From NCBI GenBank assembly GCA_023664105.1, contig JAMPGF010000001.1:1-51155 (forward strand): 51,155 nucleotides of DNA. Direction: 5' to 3'. Source of the DNA: Butyricicoccus sp. GTDB lineage: Bacteria; Bacillota; Clostridia; Oscillospirales; Oscillospiraceae. Each line of letters begins with the position of its first letter. Position 1 is the first letter of the stretch. Both the position numbers and the translations under genes were made by a program. This document shows positions 21,310 to 32,111 of this stretch, one piece after another. The notes under the pieces are model-generated. The model did not search any database and was not told the DNA's origin. It saw only the letters and a list, made by a program, of their open reading frames with translations.

Positions 21310-23109
21310 TCAGGCCAGCTCCAGATACAGCTCCTTATACAGTTTCGCTGAATTCTCCCAGGACAGGTCCTTGGCCATATCCCGCTGTACCATTTCGTCC
21401 CAGCACCAGCGGTTTTCAAAATAGAAGTTCTTGGCCCTGTTGATGGCGTCGAGCAGCAGTCCGGCGTCGTAGCGGTCAAAGGTGAAGCCGTTGCCCGTGC
21501 CGGCGTACACGTTGCAGGGCTCGACCGTATCCTTCAACCCGCCGGTCTCCCGGACGATGGGCACCGTGCCGTAGCGCATGGCGATCAGCTGCGTCAGCCC
21601 GCAGGGCTCAAACTGGGACGGGACAAGCAGCGCGTCCGCTCCGGCGTAGATCCTGTGGGAGCGCGCCTCGTCATACATGATGCAGGAGCACACGTTCCCC
21701 TTGTAGGCGTTCTCAAAATACCGGAAGGAGTTCTCGTATTCGTACTCCCCGGTGCCGAGCACCACGATCTGCGTATGCTCGTCCATGACCTGCGGCAGGA
21801 TGGCGTTGACCAGATCCAGGCCCTTCTGGTTGGTCAGGCGGGAAATCAGCCCGATCACAAATTTGTGGCCGTCCTGCTCCAGCCCCAGCTCTTCCTGTAA
21901 TTTGCGCTTGTTTTCCTTTTTCGCGGCAAGCACGTTCGCGATGCCGTAGCTGGCGTGCAGCAGGGTATCTGCGGAAGGATTCCAGATATCGTAGTCGATG
22001 CCGTTTACGATGCCGCGCAGCTTACCGGAATGATAGCGCAGGTGCGCGTCCAGGCCCTCGCCGTAGTAATCGCTCTGGATCTCGCCGGCGTAGGTCGGGC
22101 TCACCGTCGTGATGGCGTTGCAGTATGCAAGCCCGCCCTTCATCATGTTCGCGTTGTCCCAGCCGGTCTTGAGCGCATCCTTGTTGAAGACGTAATCCGG
22201 CAGGCCGGACCAGTAGCGGACGGACGGGATGTTGTAGATCCCCTGGAAGCGCAGGTTGTGGATGGTCAGGACGGTCTTTGCCCCGGCCAGCTTTGTCCCG
22301 GAGAAGTGGGTCCTCAGATAGACCGGCACCAGCGCTGCCTGCCAGTCATGGCAGTGGATGATGTTGGGGATCCAGTCCAGATAGTTCAGCGCCGCCAGCG
22401 CCGCCTTGGAAAAGTAGCAGTATTTCGGGATGTCGTCAACGAGATTGGTGTACGGATTTCCGGCGCTGAAAAATTCCTCGTTGTCAATGAAATCATACAC
22501 CACGCCGTCCCAGACATACTCCATGATGCCCACGTAGAAGGAGCGGCCGTCCGCGAACAGGTCCATCTCAAACGAGCCGCGGTATACCATCTTCTGCTGA
22601 TACTCCCAGGGGATGCATTTGTAGCGGGGAAGTATGACCTTCACGTCGCAGTTGTCCTTCACCAGCGCCTTGGGCAGCGCGTACATGACGTCGCCCAGGC
22701 CGCCGGTCTTGACGAAGGGATAGCACTCCGAGCCGATAAACGCGACGCTGCGCCTGGGGGAGACATAGGCTTCTTCCGCCGGAGCGGCGGCTTTCGCGGG
22801 CTCCTCCTTTTCTACAGGCTCCGCCGCCGGGGACTCTTCCGCGACTGCCTCCGCGGGCTCCTCCGCAGGCTCCGCCGCAGCGGGCTCTTCCGCGACTGCT
22901 TCAACGGCGGCTTCCGCGGGCGCGGTCTTTGGCTGCTCTTCCGGGAGCGCTTTTGCTTTTTTCGTCTTCGGCGCGGCCTTGACGGCCTGCTCCTCGAGGG
23001 CCTCAAGCGGCTTGTCCGCTTTTTCCTTTTTGACAGGCTGGGCCCGGCGCTTTGCCGCCGCCGGGGCTTTGCTCCTGCTTGCTGTTTGCACATCTTTCTT
23101 CTGTGCCAT
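21310..23109 (-). CDS. glgA: Glycogen/starch synthase GlgA (GT5) with a ~120-aa Ala/Glu/Pro/Lys-rich N-terminal extension
   Basis: The core VAFIGSECYPFVKTGGLGDV...HCHDWQAALVPVYL...PSQFEPCGLTQL is canonical GlgA. Start set at the ATG at 23109 (GAGGTGA RBS). The extension contains an imperfect 51-bp tandem duplication. Confidence 0.9.
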   Translation of the reverse strand: MAQKKDVQTASRSKAPAAAKRRAQPVKKEKADKPLEALEEQAVKAAPKTKKAKALPEEQPKTAPAEAAVEAVAEEPAAAEPAEEPAEAVAEESPAAEPVEKEEPAKAAAPAEEAYVSPRRSVAFIGSECYPFVKTGGLGDVMYALPKALVKDNCDVKVILPRYKCIPWEYQQKMVYRGSFEMDLFADGRSFYVGIMEYVWDGVVYDFIDNEEFFSAGNPYTNLVDDIPKYCYFSKAALAALNYLDWIPNIIHCHDWQAALVPVYLRTHFSGTKLAGAKTVLTIHNLRFQGIYNIPSVRYWSGLPDYVFNKDALKTGWDNANMMKGGLAYCNAITTVSPTYAGEIQSDYYGEGLDAHLRYHSGKLRGIVNGIDYDIWNPSADTLLHASYGIANVLAAKKENKRKLQEELGLEQDGHKFVIGLISRLTNQKGLDLVNAILPQVMDEHTQIVVLGTGEYEYENSFRYFENAYKGNVCSCIMYDEARSHRIYAGADALLVPSQFEPCGLTQLIAMRYGTVPIVRETGGLKDTVEPCNVYAGTGNGFTFDRYDAGLLLDAINRAKNFYFENRWCWDEMVQRDMAKDLSWENSAKLYKELYLELA

Positions 23110-23241
23110 ATGTATCACCTCATATAAAATGTAATAGTTGTCTTATGTGCAACCACATCATGGCTATTATAGCACACTTGTGTATCAAAATAAATCGAAG
23201 CGTAGATTTTTTTATGTTTTTTTCCGGGCGCGGCGGGGCGT

Positions 23242-24099
23242 TTACGGATTTTTGACCCAGCCAACGCGGCCGCTGACGGGCGGGGTCTCGTGGAAGCGGG
23301 CCGTTTTGTCGCGGTGGGTGTCGTTCCATTTGTCGAAGCCAAGGGCAGAGATGTGGGGCCCGTAGGCGCAGTTTTCAAAGACGCAGAGGCCGTAGTCTCG
23401 CCAGGGGCGGGCCAGAAAGATGCTGCCGGGGGTGACGCCTTCCTCCGCGGTAAAGCGGCAGTCCCGGAAGCGGAAGCCCTCGCCCTGCTCCGGGGCGTGG
23501 GCGGGCGCGGCGGCGTAGCCGATGTTGCGCGCGTCGCGCAGGGAGCGGATCTCGCAGCGGTCAAACAGCGCCTCGCCGCAGCCGAAAATGAAGTCCACCG
23601 TCCCCTCGATAAGGCAGCCGGTAAAGCGCTGCCGGCAGGGCTTGTCCTGCCGCAGATGCTCCGGCAGAAAGCCGTCGTAGCGCTCGATAAGGTCGCCGGG
23701 CAGGGGGCCGAGAAAAAGCGTGTCCTGCGTCGAGCTCAGGCGGCAGCGCTCCATTGTGAAGCCGTCGCCGTAGACGGTCAGGGCCACCTCCTGGCCCTTT
23801 TCCTCCGGGCGGAGGGCGCCGTTGATTATGGACAGGTCACGCATGGTGACGCCGTCGGCGCACACTGCCAGCGTCCAGGTGCGGAAGGTGTTCAGCTCTA
23901 CGCCCTTTTCGTCGGGCTTTTTTGCGTAGTCGTCCCAGATTATGCGGGTGCGGTCCGCCCCTGCGCCGAGGACGGTCAGCCCTGGGGTGAAGACGGTGGA
24001 TTTTATCCTGTAGTCTCCCCCGGCCAGCTCAAGGGTTTCGCCGGGGCGGGCGCTGTCAAATGCCTGCTGAAGGTCGCAGCCGGGGTCAATGCGAAGCAT
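23242..24099 (-). CDS. Pectinesterase (pectin methylesterase, CE8)
   Basis: The signature motifs QDTLF and DFIFG and the downstream ARPW are present. Confidence 0.9.
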   Translation of the reverse strand: MLRIDPGCDLQQAFDSARPGETLELAGGDYRIKSTVFTPGLTVLGAGADRTRIIWDDYAKKPDEKGVELNTFRTWTLAVCADGVTMRDLSIINGALRPEEKGQEVALTVYGDGFTMERCRLSSTQDTLFLGPLPGDLIERYDGFLPEHLRQDKPCRQRFTGCLIEGTVDFIFGCGEALFDRCEIRSLRDARNIGYAAAPAHAPEQGEGFRFRDCRFTAEEGVTPGSIFLARPWRDYGLCVFENCAYGPHISALGFDKWNDTHRDKTARFHETPPVSGRVGWVKNP

Positions 24100-24369
24100 G
24101 GGGAAGCCTCCTTTCGGTTGAATGTATCATAAACCGCCTTGTTTCCCGTGCCTGCGCCCGGAAACGAAGGAAATCTTTTTTGTGCATAAATTTTATTATT
24201 TTATCTATATACATGCAAGGAGACAAAATATATAATTATAAAAGAATGTGAGCGGCTAAAAGCGGCATTTTGCACAAAAAGTGTTAATAAATTTTGACAT
24301 AGAGGCAGACAAGGGCGGGGTCAAACCCGCGCGGGACGATACATATACATAAGGCGGGTGAGCGTCCGG

Positions 24370-24933
24370 GTGAAAAGGCAGCGGACATGGAAGGAATACA
24401 GGGCTATTGATTTGTCGCTGCTGGCGCTTGCACTGGCGATTTTTGAGTTTATTATAGTCCGGGCCTCAAACTGGTGGTTCCCGGGCCAGCCCTTTACGGT
24501 GTCGCTGGCGGCGGCCATGGCCTCCATCGTCTATATGCGATGGGGAGCGTGGGGCGCTATCCACGCGTTCGAGGCGGGATTTGTTTTCTGTTATTTCTCC
24601 GGAGGGACCGGGGAGCAGTTTATTATTTATTGCGTCGGCAATCTCCTTTCCGCGGCGGCGGTGCTTTTGCTAAGGGCCGTCGGGAAGGAGCGGGTGCGCG
24701 CGGGAAGGCTTTCCCTGCTGTTCCCGCTGCTGGTCCAGCTGCTGATGCATGCGGGGAGGGCTATCGTGGCGCTGGCGCTGGGCGCCGGGCCGGGCGATGC
24801 GCTGGGCTTTTTCACCACGGACAGCCTTTCCCTGCTCTTTACCTTTGTGATCATCTGGATAGCGAGAAAGCTGGACGGTGTCTATGAGGATCAAAAACAC
24901 TACCTGCTCCGCATCCACGCGCAGCAGGAATAA
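24370..24933 (+). CDS. Hypothetical polytopic membrane protein
   Basis: Five or six hydrophobic segments. The start is uncertain (GTG at 24370 or 24358). It lies directly upstream of the ABC permease gene. Confidence 0.55.
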   Translation: MKRQRTWKEYRAIDLSLLALALAIFEFIIVRASNWWFPGQPFTVSLAAAMASIVYMRWGAWGAIHAFEAGFVFCYFSGGTGEQFIIYCVGNLLSAAAVLLLRAVGKERVRAGRLSLLFPLLVQLLMHAGRAIVALALGAGPGDALGFFTTDSLSLLFTFVIIWIARKLDGVYEDQKHYLLRIHAQQE

Positions 24934-24950
24934 AAAGGAGGAGGTAAACT

Positions 24951-26006
24951 ATGAAAGTTAGGGCAGCGGATTTTCTCGAGTTTGACAAAGAAAAAAATGT
25001 CTACCGAGTAAGTCCGGAGCAGGCCGTTCGCGACGACGTGGAAAAGCACTACTGGAAGCATGTGGGCGTGACTATCGCCAAGGACTGGCGGCTGTATCTC
25101 ATGCTGGTTCCCATGCTGCTTGTATTCCTGTTCTGGCGCTATTTCCCAATGTACGAGCTGCTGGGATGCTTCAAGGTATCAGACGACGTTGTGCCCGTTT
25201 CACAGCAGCTGTTTTCCGGCTTCTCGTATTTCAAGCGGCTGTTGGTTGGCGGGGACACCCTTTCCACCGATTTCTGGAGAGCGCTGCGCAACACGTTCAT
25301 CCTCAGCTTCTACGGGTTGTGCTTCGGCTTCCCGATCCCCATCATCCTGGCGCTGTTCTTTAACGAGATCCGTTCCAACGCCGCGCGGAGCATCTATCAG
25401 GTGCTCACCTACCTGCCGAAGTTCATGTCTACCGTCGTTATGACCTCTCTGGTGACCATGCTGGTCAAACAGGGCTCCCTCACAACCGGTATGGGCATTG
25501 TCAGCCAGGCGCTGGCGAACCTCGGACTGGTCAGCAGCGAGGTGGCAAACGGAGGACTGCTGAACAACCCGTCCTTCTTCCGCTCGATCTATCAGATAAG
25601 CGGGATCTGGGAGGGCGCGGGCTACGACAGCATCGTCTTCTTCGCGGCGATCATCGCCATATCGCCCACCAGCTATGAGGCCGCACAGATCGACGGCGCG
25701 GACAAGATGGCGCAGATGCGCTATGTGGTGCTGCCCAGCATCCTGTCCACCATCGTCATCATGCTCATCACCCGTATCGGCTCGCTGCTGAACATCGGGT
25801 ATGAAAAGGTCCTGCTGCTGTACAACACCAACACCTATGTCACCGCCGACGTGGTGTCCACCTTCGCCTACCGGCAGGGCATGGCCGCCGGAGCAGGCAC
25901 GGGCATTGCCGCCGCGGCGGAGATGATGAACAACGTCATCGGGATGCTGCTGGTCATAGGCGCCAACACCATCGCGCGCAAGGCGTCCAACACCTCGCTG
26001 TACTGA
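24951..26006 (+). CDS. Carbohydrate ABC transporter permease (LplB-like, long N-terminus)
   Basis: GGAGGAGG RBS. The EAA-loop region is YEAAQIDGADKMAQMRYVVLP. Six TM segments. Confidence 0.9.
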   Translation: MKVRAADFLEFDKEKNVYRVSPEQAVRDDVEKHYWKHVGVTIAKDWRLYLMLVPMLLVFLFWRYFPMYELLGCFKVSDDVVPVSQQLFSGFSYFKRLLVGGDTLSTDFWRALRNTFILSFYGLCFGFPIPIILALFFNEIRSNAARSIYQVLTYLPKFMSTVVMTSLVTMLVKQGSLTTGMGIVSQALANLGLVSSEVANGGLLNNPSFFRSIYQISGIWEGAGYDSIVFFAAIIAISPTSYEAAQIDGADKMAQMRYVVLPSILSTIVIMLITRIGSLLNIGYEKVLLLYNTNTYVTADVVSTFAYRQGMAAGAGTGIAAAAEMMNNVIGMLLVIGANTIARKASNTSLY

Positions 26007-26019
26007 CGGGAGGGGCGAC

Positions 26020-26910
26020 ATGAAAAGAAAACTTGAAATTTCCGAGCTGATATTCAAGATAATCAGCTACACCCTGCTGACAGTGTTCGCCCTGTGCTGC
26101 CTGTACCCCTTCGTGTACGCGATCTCCGCGTCCATCAGTGAACGCGCCGCCGTGGAATACGGCCAGGTCGTCCTGTTTCCAAAGGGCATACAGTTCGACG
26201 CCTTCGCCCGTATGTTCGGCAACAACATGTTCTGGAACGCGTATTCCAACACGCTGTTCCTGACGCTGTACGGCACGCTGTGGTCCATGCTCACCGCCAT
26301 CCTGGGCGCTTACGCCCTGAGCAAGCGGCGGCTGCTGTTCCGCAAGTTCTTCAACTTCTTCCTGGTGTTCACGATGTGGTTCTCCGCCGGCATTGTGCCG
26401 CAGTACCTCAACTACATCGCCACCCAGAAGGTGTTCAACAGCGTGGGCATCATGGACGACAAGTGGCTTGTCGTTATCGCCATGGGCATGGCGGCAATGA
26501 ACATCATCCTGCTGCGCAACGCTTTCGAGGGCGTCCCGTCAGAAATTGAGGAGGCCGCCATCGTGGACGGCGCCAGCGAGTTCCAGGTGCTCAGCCAGGT
26601 GTACATACCCATGAGCAAGTCCACCATCGCCACCGTGGCGCTGTTCTTCGCAATTTCCCGCTGGAACGGCTACTTCTGGGCACGGCAGATGATCTCCAAC
26701 CCCAACGAGCAGCCGCTTCAGGTGTTCATCCGCCTCCAGCTGGAGCAGTACACCGACCCCGAGGTCATAGCGGGCTGGAACGAGGCCTTCGCCTCCGACT
26801 CCGTTATCTACGCGCTGATCGTCTGCTCCATCGTACCTATACTTATTATCTATCCCTTCATCCAGAAGTACTTCGCCAAGGGCGTCAACGTCGGCGGCGT
26901 GAAGGAATGA
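26020..26910 (+). CDS. Carbohydrate ABC transporter permease (LplC-like)
   Basis: The EAA loop is EEAAIVDGASEFQVLSQVYIPMSK. Six TM segments. Confidence 0.9.
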   Translation: MKRKLEISELIFKIISYTLLTVFALCCLYPFVYAISASISERAAVEYGQVVLFPKGIQFDAFARMFGNNMFWNAYSNTLFLTLYGTLWSMLTAILGAYALSKRRLLFRKFFNFFLVFTMWFSAGIVPQYLNYIATQKVFNSVGIMDDKWLVVIAMGMAAMNIILLRNAFEGVPSEIEEAAIVDGASEFQVLSQVYIPMSKSTIATVALFFAISRWNGYFWARQMISNPNEQPLQVFIRLQLEQYTDPEVIAGWNEAFASDSVIYALIVCSIVPILIIYPFIQKYFAKGVNVGGVKE

Positions 26911-26973
26911 TACTCAAATGACGCGCTCCCCGGAGAAGTCCGGGGGAAACAGATCTGTTTTAAGGAGGACCTT

Positions 26974-29172
26974 ATGAAAAAGTTTAAAACCCTGACCGCG
27001 CTGCTCCTCGTGGTCGTGATGACTGTCGCGCTGTTTTCCGGCTGCGGCCCCAGCCTTGAGGTTCAGAGCTCCGGCACCTCGCAGTCCGACACCTCGCAGT
27101 CCGGCACCGGCACCACCCCCAGCAGTAGCGGCAGCTCCTCGAACGGCAGCGACCAGCCTGGCAGCGCAGAGCCCGCAAGCCTGAGCTTCGCCCAGGGCAC
27201 CGTGCTCCGCATGGCCACCGGATACAACAAGTCCAACACCGGCCTGTTCTTCGACGCTGACACCGCCGGCGAGGGCATCACCCTTGCCAACGGCAAGACC
27301 TACCACACCGGTGAGCTCAAGCCCACCTGGGAGGTAGTCGAGGAAAAGCTGGGCATGGTATTTGAGGACAAATACCAGGGCAACAGCGCCAGCGCCGAGT
27401 TCGATTACTGGAAAGAGCGCCTTGGCGACGTTGACATGGTCAGCGGCACCGCCACCAAGCTCAACGAAAACGGCATCGCCGGCAACATGGTCAACATCGC
27501 CGAGTATCTGGATATGATGCCCAACTTCAAGGCCTATCTGGAGGCCAACCCCATCGTGCGCATGTCCATCACCGGCGACACCAGCACCGGCGCCATCTAC
27601 TTCAGCCCCTACTTTGACGGCGTGGACGACATCGAGCGTATGCCCCTGATGCGTACCGACTGGGTCGAGAAGCTGCTCAACGGCGAGGGCGAGTTCACCG
27701 CCGACGCCAGCGGCAAGACCGCAAACCCCGTCTACGAGCCCTATATGCCCACCTCCGGCAAGATCGAGATCGACGTTGTCAAGGCTGACGGCTCCGGCAC
27801 CGAGAAGGTCACCAAGGACTATGATGCCGCCGGAAACATCATCGCGAACATGAACGCCGCCGGCTCTATGAGCGGTGTGGACGCGGTCAACATGCTCCGC
27901 ACCTACATCGACGAGGCGTACGGCGGATACTACGGCACCGACCGAGCAAACCTGTTCGTGGGCCAGAACGCCGCCTGGGACGCCGACGAGCTGACCGCCC
28001 TGCTGCGCTGCGTGGTGGCCAACCCCCAGACCCTCAACGGCACCGGCTCCATCCAGGGGCTGTTCTCCCGCGAGGACGACAACAACCAGCGCCGCGTTGA
28101 TATGTTCCGCTTCGCCGGCACCCTGTTCGGCGTGCGCGGCCTGGAGTCCCGCCAGGATTACCTGTACGTGGGCAGCGATAACGCCATGCACGACGCACGC
28201 CAGGAGCCCGAAGCCTACCAGGCTATGGAGCGTATGCACGCCATGGTGCAGGAGGGCCTGATCTCCGAGGCGTTTGTGAAGAACTCCTCCGAGAACTCCG
28301 GCACCTATCTGGAGAACGACCTGGGCTTCATGCACTACGACTACAACCAGACCCAGACCCTGATGAACGCCACCAAGCTGAACAAGAACGGCGATGAGGG
28401 CGAGAAGTACATGGCCGTCATGATTCCCGTGGCGCGCTGGTACGACGGCAGCGACCCCAACGGCGTGTACATGCGCTTCAGCGAGTCCTGGCGTTCCGTC
28501 AAGACCGACGGCTGGGGCATCTCCGTGGCCGGCGTGGGCAAGGACCAGGATAAGCTGTATGCCTGCCTGGCGCTGATCGACTTCGCCTACTCCGAGGAGG
28601 GCCAGATCCTTATGAGCTACGGACCCGAGGAGTGGCGCTCGAGCGAGACCTTCACGTTCAACGGCAAGGAAATGCCCAAGATTTCCGACGATTGCTGGAA
28701 TGAGCTGTGGGATCTTGCCAACGGCAACTACACCAACTACGCCCGCTGGTATCTGGGCTCGACCCTGTCCTTCATGAAGAGCCAGGCCTTCGAGTACCAG
28801 TGCACCCACGAGGTCGGCCAGGAGGGCGCGGGCTACATCTCCACCGCCATCGGCCTTGGCACCATCAAGCACCCCGAGCTGGCAATGGCCAGTAATCCCT
28901 GGTACACCATCGTTCCCACCGTCCTGCCCACCACCAAGGTTGAAAACGACACCGTCAACGGCTACACCGATCTGACCGACCGCTTCAACCAGCAGAAGGA
29001 CGGCGCGAACATGCTGCTTGACATCATCATCAACGGATACACCGAGTCCGGCATGCAGGATGCCCAGAGCACCGCGGACACCGTGACCAACTCCTGGTCC
29101 GGCAAGCAGTACCTGGCCATCAAGGAAGATGCCTGGCAGCGCGACATTTCCTATTACAACGCACTCAGCTGA
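26974..29172 (+). CDS. Extracellular solute-binding lipoprotein, unusually large (732 aa), for the carbohydrate ABC transporter
   Basis: AAGGAGG RBS. The lipoprotein signal is MKKFKTLTALLLVVVMTVALFSGC, followed by a Ser/Gly/Thr-rich linker. Its position is LplA-like. Confidence 0.85.
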   Translation: MKKFKTLTALLLVVVMTVALFSGCGPSLEVQSSGTSQSDTSQSGTGTTPSSSGSSSNGSDQPGSAEPASLSFAQGTVLRMATGYNKSNTGLFFDADTAGEGITLANGKTYHTGELKPTWEVVEEKLGMVFEDKYQGNSASAEFDYWKERLGDVDMVSGTATKLNENGIAGNMVNIAEYLDMMPNFKAYLEANPIVRMSITGDTSTGAIYFSPYFDGVDDIERMPLMRTDWVEKLLNGEGEFTADASGKTANPVYEPYMPTSGKIEIDVVKADGSGTEKVTKDYDAAGNIIANMNAAGSMSGVDAVNMLRTYIDEAYGGYYGTDRANLFVGQNAAWDADELTALLRCVVANPQTLNGTGSIQGLFSREDDNNQRRVDMFRFAGTLFGVRGLESRQDYLYVGSDNAMHDARQEPEAYQAMERMHAMVQEGLISEAFVKNSSENSGTYLENDLGFMHYDYNQTQTLMNATKLNKNGDEGEKYMAVMIPVARWYDGSDPNGVYMRFSESWRSVKTDGWGISVAGVGKDQDKLYACLALIDFAYSEEGQILMSYGPEEWRSSETFTFNGKEMPKISDDCWNELWDLANGNYTNYARWYLGSTLSFMKSQAFEYQCTHEVGQEGAGYISTAIGLGTIKHPELAMASNPWYTIVPTVLPTTKVENDTVNGYTDLTDRFNQQKDGANMLLDIIINGYTESGMQDAQSTADTVTNSWSGKQYLAIKEDAWQRDISYYNALS

Positions 29173-29323
29173 CCGGGCAAGCCGGCCCGAAGCGAGTTGA
29201 GTATATCCGCATCCGCGGATAAGCTATAAAACCGGCATAAAGCCAGTGAATCAGTCATGATCCTCCGTCCCGCGCGGTTGCGGGCGGGGCGGGGCGACAT
29301 GCTCTCTCTGGGAGGAGGTCGTC

Positions 29324-29914
29324 ATGTATAAAAAGCAAATGACCGCGCAGAAAATTATTTGTATGGCGGCTATCATTGTCAGCGTGATATTTTTCCTGTA
29401 CGCGCTCGGCATCATGACCGATTTGTATGATAGCCTCTATGATACAATGCGCAATCCCAACGACGTTTATCAGACCGACGTTCCCGGCTCTATCGTTTAT
29501 TATCAGATGCAGGAGTTCAACCGGATGTTCCTCATGCTCAGCATCGGTCAGATCCTGCTGGGAGTGCTGCTTTACCTGACCAACACGCACTGCCGCAGAA
29601 GGTACTACATCGGCAACTTCGTCACCACCGGGCTGTTTATAGCGGGCGGCGTGTACAACGCCGTGTTCGCCCACTATTACATCGAGATCTTCAAGGCCAG
29701 ATTCCTTCAGGTGGATTTCGCCGCGCTGAAGGAGCATGCCGAGATGTGGGGCACGCTGTACACCGAGTCCACCTTCTGGTTCGACGCGCACTACTTCGTG
29801 TTTGGGCTGGTGCTCATTGCGTGCGTCCTGCTGGCGGTCAACGCGGTCTGGAAGGTGCGCCTGATGAAGGATGAACAGGCGCTCGTGGAAGAAGGAAGGA
29901 GGATCGCCGGATGA
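29324..29914 (+). CDS. Hypothetical 4-TM membrane protein
   Basis: GGGAGGAGG RBS. Four hydrophobic helices. It overlaps the next gene by 4 nt. Confidence 0.7.
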   Translation: MYKKQMTAQKIICMAAIIVSVIFFLYALGIMTDLYDSLYDTMRNPNDVYQTDVPGSIVYYQMQEFNRMFLMLSIGQILLGVLLYLTNTHCRRRYYIGNFVTTGLFIAGGVYNAVFAHYYIEIFKARFLQVDFAALKEHAEMWGTLYTESTFWFDAHYFVFGLVLIACVLLAVNAVWKVRLMKDEQALVEEGRRIAG

Positions 29915-30402
29915 ACAGCGAAGAACGCGCCATAAAACGGGACCGGATGCGCTTTATCAAAAATTCCATGGCCGCAAATCTGGCTCTCCTTGGAATTCTG
30001 GCAAACGTATTCTATTTCGTGAGCATCTGCAAGTCCGATGTGGACACCTACTACTACAACTATATCATCGGCATTTCAATTATTTACAACCTGGTCTTCA
30101 TGCTGGCGGTGTTCCTTTCCTCCGAGGGCGTGAAGAACTACAAGAAGAATTATTCCTATCTGCTGGCCGCCGCCGGCGTGATTCAGATCGTGCGGATATT
30201 CATTATCCCCGTGAAGGCACACGCCACCGAGGTCATCGTCAACGGCGAGACCGTGCTGGTTATGCAGAACGCTCAGTTTACCCGGGTGCTGGTTTACCTG
30301 GTTGTCTCCGCGGCCTGCCTCATCGGCTCGGCTGTGGTCAACTACATCCGGTGCGGCGAGCTGGAAGCACACCTCAAGACCCTGGGCATCCAGGGCGCGT
30401 AA
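29911..30402 (+). CDS. Hypothetical 4-TM membrane protein
   Basis: GGAAGGAGG RBS. Four hydrophobic helices. Confidence 0.7.
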   Translation: MNSEERAIKRDRMRFIKNSMAANLALLGILANVFYFVSICKSDVDTYYYNYIIGISIIYNLVFMLAVFLSSEGVKNYKKNYSYLLAAAGVIQIVRIFIIPVKAHATEVIVNGETVLVMQNAQFTRVLVYLVVSAACLIGSAVVNYIRCGELEAHLKTLGIQGA

Positions 30403-30414
30403 GGAGGCGAAGAC

Positions 30415-31500
30415 ATGGCAACACTGAATTTGCAGCATATCGACAAGATATATGACAATAACGTGCAGGCGGTCTTTGACTTCAATCTGGACGTGAAGGA
30501 CGGCGAGCTGATAGTCCTGGTCGGCCCGTCCGGCTGCGGCAAGTCCACCACGCTGCGCATGGTGGCCGGCCTGGAGGACATCTCCAACGGCAAGCTGCTG
30601 CTCGACGGCAAGGACATCACCGCCACCCCCGCCAAGGACCGCGACATGGCCATGGTGTTCCAGAGCTACGCCCTGTACGGCCACATGACCATCTATGAGA
30701 ACATGGCGTTCTCCCTGACCCTGCGCAAGGAGAACCCCAACGTCATCCACAAGAAGGTGCTGGCGGCGGCGGAGATACTCGGCCTGACCAGCCAGCTGAA
30801 CAAAAAGCCCGCGCAGCTGTCCGGCGGCCAGCGCCAGCGCGTGGCAATGGGCCGCTCCATCGTGCGAAACCCGAAGGTGTTCCTGTTCGACGAGCCGCTT
30901 TCCAACCTCGACGCGAAGCTTCGCGGCGCGACACGGCGCGAGATCCTGCTGCTGCACAAGCGGCTTCAGGCCACCATGCTTTACGTCACGCACGACCAGA
31001 CCGAGGCGCTGACCCTGGCTGACCGCATCGTGTGCATGTCCATGGGCCACGTACAGCAGGTGGGCACGCCGCTGGAGCTGTACGACTCCCCGGCAAACGT
31101 GTTCGTGGCAAGCTTCATAGGCCTGCCGCCCATGAACTTCTACGACGTGCATGTCGACGGCGAAAAGCTCACCGGCGCGGGCTTCCAGGTGTCACTCAGC
31201 ACTGAGGAGCAGCACACCCTGCGCGCGTACAACAACAAGGACATCATCCTTGGCGTGCGCCCGGAGAACATCGTCGAGGGCACCGAGGTGCCTGTCACCG
31301 TGACCACCAACGAGAACCTGGGTATGAACACCCTCGTTCACGGACACATCGGCGGCGCAAAGGCAGCCGGCACAAAGATCTCCGCCAAGCTCAAGGGCTG
31401 GCGGGACTACAAGAGCGGCGACACGGCGACCTTCAACTTCAAGCGCAAGCATTTCTTCGACAAGGAGACTACCAACGCTATCAAAGGGGGTGAGGGATGA
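30415..31500 (+). CDS. Sugar ABC transporter ATP-binding protein (MsmX/MalK/UgpC type)
   Basis: Walker [23 protein letters not shown], Walker [12 protein letters not shown], and a C-terminal TOBE-like domain. Confidence 0.95.
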   Translation: MATLNLQHIDKIYDNNVQAVFDFNLDVKDGELIVLVGPSGCGKSTTLRMVAGLEDISNGKLLLDGKDITATPAKDRDMAMVFQSYALYGHMTIYENMAFSLTLRKENPNVIHKKVLAAAEILGLTSQLNKKPAQLSGGQRQRVAMGRSIVRNPKVFLFDEPLSNLDAKLRGATRREILLLHKRLQATMLYVTHDQTEALTLADRIVCMSMGHVQQVGTPLELYDSPANVFVASFIGLPPMNFYDVHVDGEKLTGAGFQVSLSTEEQHTLRAYNNKDIILGVRPENIVEGTEVPVTVTTNENLGMNTLVHGHIGGAKAAGTKISAKLKGWRDYKSGDTATFNFKRKHFFDKETTNAIKGGEG

Positions 31501-32111
31501 TGGCGGAAAACAAGAACAACAAGGGCGTGGTGGAGCTGGAGATGCAGCACCGCAAAAGCGCGGGCGCCATGGCCAGGGAGTCCTGGCGTAAGTTCCTCGT
31601 ATCCCTCAAGCGCCGCCCGCAGATGATCCCCCTGGTGGTGCTGGTCGTGGCGTTCCTGTTTTACTCCCTGAACCTGATGCACGTTTCGGATACCACCGCC
31701 CGCATCCAGGGCCCGGGCATGGGGCTCGCCGGCTTCGCGACGATGCTGTTTTCCATGCTGTCGTTTATGTGCTTTCTCAACGCCTTCCCCTATCGGAAAA
31801 AGCCCAACATTCCAATGGTGGTGCTGATGTTCGTGCTCATCGCCATCGTGATCGGCGCGGACGCGTATTACATCAGCGCGATCCTCAACGCGGTCACCCG
31901 CGCGGACAACCCGATCGTGATCACGGAGTCCACCATCTATATCGCGACGGCTTACAGCAACCTGTACACCCATATCTTTATCCTGGTGGCCGCGGTTGTG
32001 CTGGTCCTTCTGCTGCCGGTGTATTCCAAGCTGCTGCGCAAGATAAAGACCTCCATCGACGTGGGGGACAACGGCAATATGGAAGCCATCGACATATCCG
32101 GCGAGGCCTGA
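31497..32111 (+). CDS. Hypothetical 4-TM membrane protein
   Basis: The start overlaps the ATPase stop (ATGATG). Four hydrophobic helices. Confidence 0.7.
   Translation: MMAENKNNKGVVELEMQHRKSAGAMARESWRKFLVSLKRRPQMIPLVVLVVAFLFYSLNLMHVSDTTARIQGPGMGLAGFATMLFSMLSFMCFLNAFPYRKKPNIPMVVLMFVLIAIVIGADAYYISAILNAVTRADNPIVITESTIYIATAYSNLYTHIFILVAAVVLVLLLPVYSKLLRKIKTSIDVGDNGNMEAIDISGEA

Noticed and set aside
23115-23564. 149-aa minus-strand ORF bridging the glgA upstream region and the pectinesterase 3' end
   Set aside because: It is out of frame with and overlaps the pectinesterase gene, is Pro/Ala/Thr/Arg-rich low complexity, and has no RBS.
20323-24132. Plus-strand ORFs 20323-21204, 21955-23127 and 23290-24132
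   Set aside because: They are antisense shadows of the SDR, glgA and pectinesterase genes respectively.
26914-28872. 652-aa minus-strand ORF rich in Gly/Ala/Val/His
   Set aside because: It is an antisense shadow of the well-supported solute-binding lipoprotein gene. It is low-complexity, typical of stop-poor antisense frames in GC-rich DNA, and has no RBS.
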